64,000 nt of DNA from the human T2T-CHM13v2.0 reference genome, Homo sapiens. Positions 57,051 through 64,000 of this stretch are shown one piece after another. The stretch lies in NCBI RefSeq assembly GCF_009914755.1, contig NC_060933.1, one strand, 5' to 3'. The notes beneath the pieces are model-generated. The model was not told where the DNA came from and searched no databases. It saw only the letters and a program-made list of their open reading frames with translations. Position 1 is the first letter of the stretch; each line of letters opens with the position of its first letter. The position numbers and the translations under genes are program-made.

Positions 57051-58622
57051 TACTGAAAGGTCTCCTGTGTCCTCACAAATGCCCTCCCTTGTCACATTAC
57101 AGTGACTGGTTTCTGCTTACTCACATATTTCTCACACAGAGCCCTCTGAAGCTGAGGCTGAGCCACAGAAAACTCTGTCTCCCTCACTATCGCCATGCAC
57201 CAGAACTGCTTCCAGCTCTGATTCATTACACACATCACTTCTATCTCACCCACCAGAACATGGTATATATGGTAATTTATTTCACTGTTTTGTACTTGCC
57301 ACCACCCCCTCATGTCCTATATCATTTAAGCTGAGTTCTGCATCAGCAGCAATGAACATTAGGACCCACCCCTCAGTCAGAGGGAGAAAAGAATTCTACC
57401 TTCTCCCCCTTCCCTCCTTACAGAGAGAGTCAGCCCAACCACAGTCCAGATATCACAGACTATCCTCAACCCTCTGCCAACATCTGTCTTTTTTAGAATG
57501 CTGAGTTCTACAAATCAGAGAGGGAGAAAATCAGCACACAAATTATGTAACTGAAATCAAAGAGCCAACAAAAATTGCCCTGGAAGCACACAAAAGCCCT
57601 TCTAGAAAAAGACTCTGTTATTGAAATTAAATTAAGCACTATAGACTGTCCAGAGATAATGTTTAGAAATTTCCTGAGCGATGAGGCAGAATTTGTGACT
57701 CTGAAATAGAGATAATTTGTTTCAGTCACCCACTTCATTAAGATACCAAAAGGGGTTTCAATTTATTAATGTGACATTCAAAATAAAAACATGGGCAAGT
57801 GCTGTCCTTATAAATTAATGAAAGTTTATATAGAGGGAAATAAAGAGATGGTTTTGCTGACAAAAAGAATAAAATATAAAATCTGCTTTTACCTGGTAGC
57901 CTCTGGAGCTCAATGTATGGCATTATTTAACTACTATAAATATGGCTTCAGGAAGAGCTTTCCAGGGAATAATTTGTGGGATAGACATGCCGTTCCTTCA
58001 TCGTATTTACCAAATATTGCAAAGTTGGTAGGAAGACCTGAAGAGCATGCAGGGTCAGGAAGAGAATAATGCACCCATATAAGCAATCCACTTCCCCTCT
58101 CTCCTGGCAAAGTGGTCCCACCCATTGCAGGGTGACCCAGAATTCTGAAAGGGGCCAGAAAATAAGCTAGAAAAAGTTAATACCACTATTAACAAAATGG
58201 GAGTGTTGTACTAGTACCTGTTTTTAATTCCTGGTTGATTTTTGTTTCTCAGAAGAGTGCAGAGATTCTAGTAGAAGAGGGAATAAAAGATCACTAAACA
58301 AGAAGTTTCTAGGTATAGCTAACATTCAATGCTTAGTGGTTTGTATGCCTGTTACCTAAAGCTCTCCATCTCCTCAAACCGGAAAACAATCTGTTTTACA
58401 TAAAGAAGGTCCTGTTTGAGTAGAAATATGTGTCTGTGTATGTGTGTTGGATGGAGGAAGGCGGGTAGACTGACTTGTTCCTGGTGTGGAATAGACAACT
58501 GAGCCACCCTTATGCAGGCTTAAGTTGATAGGTTGGCCATGGTGGCATCTCGGTTACATATGCAAAAAAACATACTATTTTTTTGATTTTTAGGATGACA
58601 AATTAATGACCACTCATTGTAA

Positions 58623-58944
<322 letters not shown>

Positions 58945-59758
58945 TAATGTTTTCATGTTCTCATTTTTTTTAATGAGTCTCCAGTTTAAAAATAAATAGT
59001 TACTTTTGTTACTTATTAGAATAAAGCTATACCCTTCTTTCTGAGTTCCAAGTCTGCTATTAATTAGTCCCAATTAGCCTATCTGACCTTGTCTCTCCCC
59101 ACTCACAGAACTCTCTTACTTAGCAAGGCTAATATAAATTCTGCATTCCACTTATGTTTAGCTCTTTCCAGAAGTTATATCTTTGTTCATGACATTCTTC
59201 ACACTGGGAATAGCCACCTTAATTCAAATTCTTTGTTTTCATTAAGTCTTAGTTCAAGATTCACAAATTAATTTCTGCCCTAATTTCCCTGAGCCTGAGC
59301 GTATATTGATTTTAAACTCTTACCACAGTTATTATCCTGTCCATATGCTGCCTTTAGATGTCCTATAGCTATCCATGCATGGATTGCATTCATCTCCACA
59401 AACAGATTAAGAACATTTCAAAAGCAACAACCAATTTGTCCACTTCTTGGTGCCTCTAAAGCCACTAAACTATGGGGAATGTTGCAGTACATACTTAGTA
59501 AAATTTTGTTGAGTGGATAAACTGACCTGTTTGAATGGAAACAGGTTAGCAATGTGGTTTGAGAACCTACTGCACTCAAAGCACAAGCTAGGTAGAAGAG
59601 GGAATGGAAATAATAGTATAAACAACTAAACAATAAACACTGTCCAATGCCCCTGAAGGGCTCCCACTTACTTTTGGAGACACTAAAATCCATGTGAACA
59701 CAACACATACATTAAAAAATCGATTTACATTTTTACTGTGAAGAAACATAAGCTACCT

Positions 59759-60075
<317 letters not shown>

Positions 60076-60654
60076 CTACCTAGGTGTATTTCTTCGACTA
60101 AATGGGCACAGGTGCCTCTGCACCCACAGGGGAAACAAGTGAAGTTCCAGGGACTGATGGAATTAACTGACCCAGGGAATTCTTGGGGGCTGGGGCAGCT
60201 GGAGCAGTTTTTGCTGTGATGAATCAGGGTCACGTAACTTTAGTAGCAGCCCCTACACAGTGTATGGCAGAGGAAAACTGAAGAGACAATCAAAAGTATG
60301 ATACTTGCATCTGTTACTACCTATTACCCTAAGAGGACTCAGTTCAAGAGAGGAATCTGCCACACTGCTGTGAACTGCCACTCAGAGGTGAGCTAAGAGT
60401 GTTGTCCAGTAGCACAGAAATGTTGGAGGAAAACCAGTAACACTTTCTCACTAGATAATCCAATTGGGTTGGAAATGCAAAAAAATATGGGTGGAGGCTG
60501 ACTCTGCTCTTTTCCCCCTGATTCTCTAGGGAAGTCCATTGGCCTCCCTTATTTTTCATCAATATGCCACATACTATCCCTTTCTTTGTTACCTTAATTC
60601 TCCCATTAGAATATGAAAATAGCTCATATTTAGCTATTCTTAGCTTATATTTAG

Positions 60655-62438
60655 TTTATTTATTTTTTTTAATTTTTTTAGTATTTATTGATCATTCTTG
60701 GGTGTTTCTCGGAGAGGGGGATTTGGCAGGGTCATAGGACAACAGTGGAGAGAAGGTCAGCAGATAAACATGTGAACAAAGGTCTCTGGTTTTCCTAGGC
60801 AGAGGACCCCGCGGCCTTCCGCAGTGTTTGTGTCCCTGGGTACTTGAGATTAGGGAGTGGTGATGACTCTTAACGAGCATGCTGCCTTCAAGCATCTGTT
60901 TAACAAAGCACATCTTGCACCGCCCTTAATCCATTTAACCCTGAGTGGACACAGCACATGTTTCAGAGAGCATGGGGGTAAGGTTATAGATTAACAGCAT
61001 CCCAAGGCAGAAGAATTTTTCTTAGTACAGAACAAAATGGAGTCTCCCATGTCTACCTCTTTCCACACAGACACAGTAACAATCTGATCTCTCTTTCTTT
61101 TCCCCACATTTCCTTCTTTTCTATTCAACAAAACCGCCATCGTCATCATGGCCCGTTCTCAATGAGCTGTTGGGTACACCTCCCAGACGGGGTGGCGGCC
61201 GGGCAGAGGGGCTCCTCACTTCCGAGACATGGTGGCCGGGCAGAGGGGCCCCCTACCCCCCAGACAGGGCGGCCGGGCAGAGGCGCCCCCCCACCTCCCA
61301 GATGGGGCGGCTGGCGGAGACGCTCCTCACTTCCCAGACGGGGCGGCTGCGGCGTGTAGGGGCTCCTCACTTCTCAGACGGGGCGGCGGCCAGGCAGAGG
61401 CACTCCTCAGTTCCCAGACGGGGTGGCGACCAGGCAGAGGCGCTCCTCACCTCCCAGACAGGGTGGCGGCCGGGTAGAGACGCTCCTCACCTCCCAGACG
61501 GGGTCGCGGCCGGGCAGAGGCGCTCCTCACCTCCCATACGGGGTCGCGGCCGGGCAGAGGCGCTCCTCACCTCCCAGACGGGGTGGCGGCCGGGTAGAGA
61601 CGCTCCTCACCTCCCAGACGGGGCGGCCGGGCAGAGGCGCTCCTCACGTCCCAGAAGGGGCGGCCGGGCAAAGGCGCTCCCCACGTCCCAGACGATGGGT
61701 GGCCTGGGAGAGATGCTCCTCACTTCCCAGACGGGATGACGGCTGGGAAGAGGCGCTCCTTACTTCCCAGACTGGGCGGCCGGGCAGAAGCGCTCCCCAC
61801 ATCCCAGACGATGGGCAGCCAGGCAGAGACACTCCTCACTTCCCAGACGGGATGGCGGCCGGGAAGAGGCGCTCCTCACTTCCCAGACTGGGCGGCCGGT
61901 CAGAGGGGCTCCTCACATCCCAGACAATGGGCGGCCAGGCAGAGACGCTCCTCACTTCCTAGATGGGGTGGCGGCCGGGCAGAGGCTGCAATCTCAGCAC
62001 TTTGGGAGGCCAAGGCAGGCGGCTGGGAGGTGGAGGTTGTAGCCAGCCAAGATCACGCCACTGCACTCCAGCCTGGGCAACATCGAGCTCTGAGTGAGCG
62101 AGACTCCGTCTGCAATCCCGGCACCTCGGGAGGCCGAGGCGGGCAGATCACTCGAGGTCAGGAGCTGGAGACCAGCCCGGCCAACATGGCGAAACCCCGT
62201 CTCCACCAAAAAATACAAAAACCAGTCAGGCGTGGCGGCGCGTGCCTGCAATCCCAGGTACTCGGCAGGCTGAGGCAGGAGAATCAGGCAGGGAGGTTGC
62301 AGTGAGCCGAGATTGCAGCAGTACAGTCCAGCCTCGGCAACAGAGGGAGACCGTGGAAAGCGGGAGACGGAGACGGAGACGAGGAGACCGTGGAAAGCGG
62401 GAGACAGAGATGACGAGGGAGAGGGAGAGGGAGAGGGA
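60655..62438 (-). mobile_element. Full-length SVA (SVA_B-like)
   Basis: Poly(T); SINE-R about 60680-61180; GC-rich VNTR about 61180-61985; Alu-like domain about 61985-62345; short (GGGAGA)n hexamer 62417-62438; GTTATAGATTAACAGCATCCC is an older-subfamily diagnostic. Confidence 0.96.
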
Positions 62439-62547
62439 CAGGCTGGTTTATTTTGTTTTGCCGCTTCTGGAAGGGAGCTGGGCACATGGTAAATGCTCAT
62501 CAATATTTGAGTAAGTGTATTGCTTTTAGAAAATTGAATTAAAAAAA

Positions 62548-62684
62548 TTTTTTCTTGAAACAAGGTCTCATTCTGTCACCCAGGCTGGAGTGCAGTGGTG
62601 GAATCATAGCCTTGAAATCCTGGGCTCAAGTGATCCTCCCATCTCAGCCACCCACAGTGCTGGGATTATAGGTATGCCCAGCCT
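62548..62684 (-). mobile_element. Alu monomer (FRAM/AluJ-derived)
   Basis: Antisense right-arm 3' end joined to a left-arm-type GTGCTGGGATTATAGG segment. Confidence 0.75.
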
Positions 62685-64000
62685 GAACTATTATAATAAT
62701 AATAGTTCAAAATATATTTTCAGTACATCTACATTTTACTTGGGTAGAATATCCTTCAATGAACACAGTTTCACCTTCCCTAACACTCAAAGGAGAAATC
62801 ACAGTTCCTTCTCAAGATATTTACCATGATTAAATAACAATATAGTGCCTGCAACTGAAAAGTCATTTGGTAACTTTTATCTTTACTACAAGGCACAGCT
62901 GAACTCTGCCTCTCTACCAGCTCCACATACACTTTCTTAATGGTAAAATACCTCACTGTGTTCAATGACAGAAAAAAAACTACCTCGTTTTAGGCATCTG
63001 TGTCTTTACAACCTAGAACCATAGCTCTTGATAAATGCTCAAAAAATATGGGCTTAATAAATAATGAATCCTGCAAGAGACATTCTCTAATAGACCAACG
63101 ACACATCTTACAGTTATAAAATAACAATGCCTAGATCCTGAATGGTGCTAATATGAATTGCAAATGTAAATTTATTAATATCATAAATAACCAGTCTTTA
63201 AACCATTGCCATTATCAATAACATTTCTATTGTGTTGGAAATAAGATTGTGAATGCCTTCCTACCTTCACGTCTTTGACTTGTTCTTATTTACAATGGTT
63301 ATGAATAACAAATGACACCTAGTTAGGATAAGCAAGAGTTCAGAAAGACCTCAACTTGTTTGATTTTTGTAACTTTGTGCTGACTCATGTGTTCCTCATC
63401 TTATCTCTTTTTCTACCTTCAAGTTAATTATTTCAGTTCCATCTGACAACTTCCCTCCTGCTTCTTCCTATGCTCTTTTTTGTAAATCACTGGCCAGAAA
63501 ATGGTGGCTGAACAAAAAATAACATGAGATTTTAATGATGGTTTTGAATGTAGTGAGAGGGAAAGCACATTTTCCCTTTTTTTTCCTGTTCTTTAAAAAC
63601 TGTACCTCTAGTGTGCAGGTGTAAAATTTATGTTTTAATGGAATTCTAAATATATAATAGAGGGAGTTGGGGGGAAGCATGGTTCTGTGAAAAGTAACTA
63701 AACCAAAGACATTTTGATACACCTTTCCAAAACTGGTCATACTATTCACATTCACTATGGTCTTTATGCTCTTCCTCAATGTCCATTTAACAAAATTTCA
63801 CTCTGCTTCCACTGACCCAACTGCTCAGAGATTTTTTCAACATTAAATGCCCCCTTGTCTTCTTACATTTTGTATGTTTGCATTTGGTCCTTAGAACACT
63901 TATTTCTGCTTTTGTAGCTTCTTCTGACTGAAAATGCAGAAGCAGGCACAGGAAGGGCCAAAGCACGTAAAGCCAGGCTGGTCTCAAACCCAAGACTTTT

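Noticed and set aside
61180-61985. Repeat array superficially resembling CRISPR
   Set aside because: SVA VNTR with no unique spacers; eukaryotic DNA
60692-62563. Multiple 60-189 aa ORFs
   Set aside because: They lie within SVA SINE-R, VNTR and Alu-like domains; GC-rich repeats lack stop codons by composition
63972-63992. GCCAGGCTGGTCTCAAAC Alu-like 18-mer
   Set aside because: Too short and at the window edge; cannot be called

Overview
AT-rich hominid (human-like) genomic DNA; the presence of an SVA restricts it to hominoids. No protein-coding gene can be identified. Almost all listed ORFs are incidental frames in Alu, L1, LTR or SVA sequence. A large share of the window is interspersed repeat: about 12 Alus, L1 fragments of several ages, L2/MIR, MaLR and ERV1 solo LTRs (several with intact target-site duplications, TSDs), MER20/MER1B/MER5/MADE1 DNA transposons and a full-length SVA_B-like element. 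It looks like a long intron or intergenic region. I found no convincing evidence of a new biological system. The most notable items are a tailless U2 retropseudogene, an ultra-short young L1 with an Alu fragment inside its poly(A) tail, an ERVL dUTPase relic within a rearranged local duplication, a perfect 17-bp-stem hairpin, a textbook recursive-splice-site motif (+), a frame-preserving 75-nt candidate cassette exon (-), and a possible decayed coding exon near 55.5 kb. Repeat subfamily names come from recalled consensus sequences, and boundaries without TSDs are approximate.
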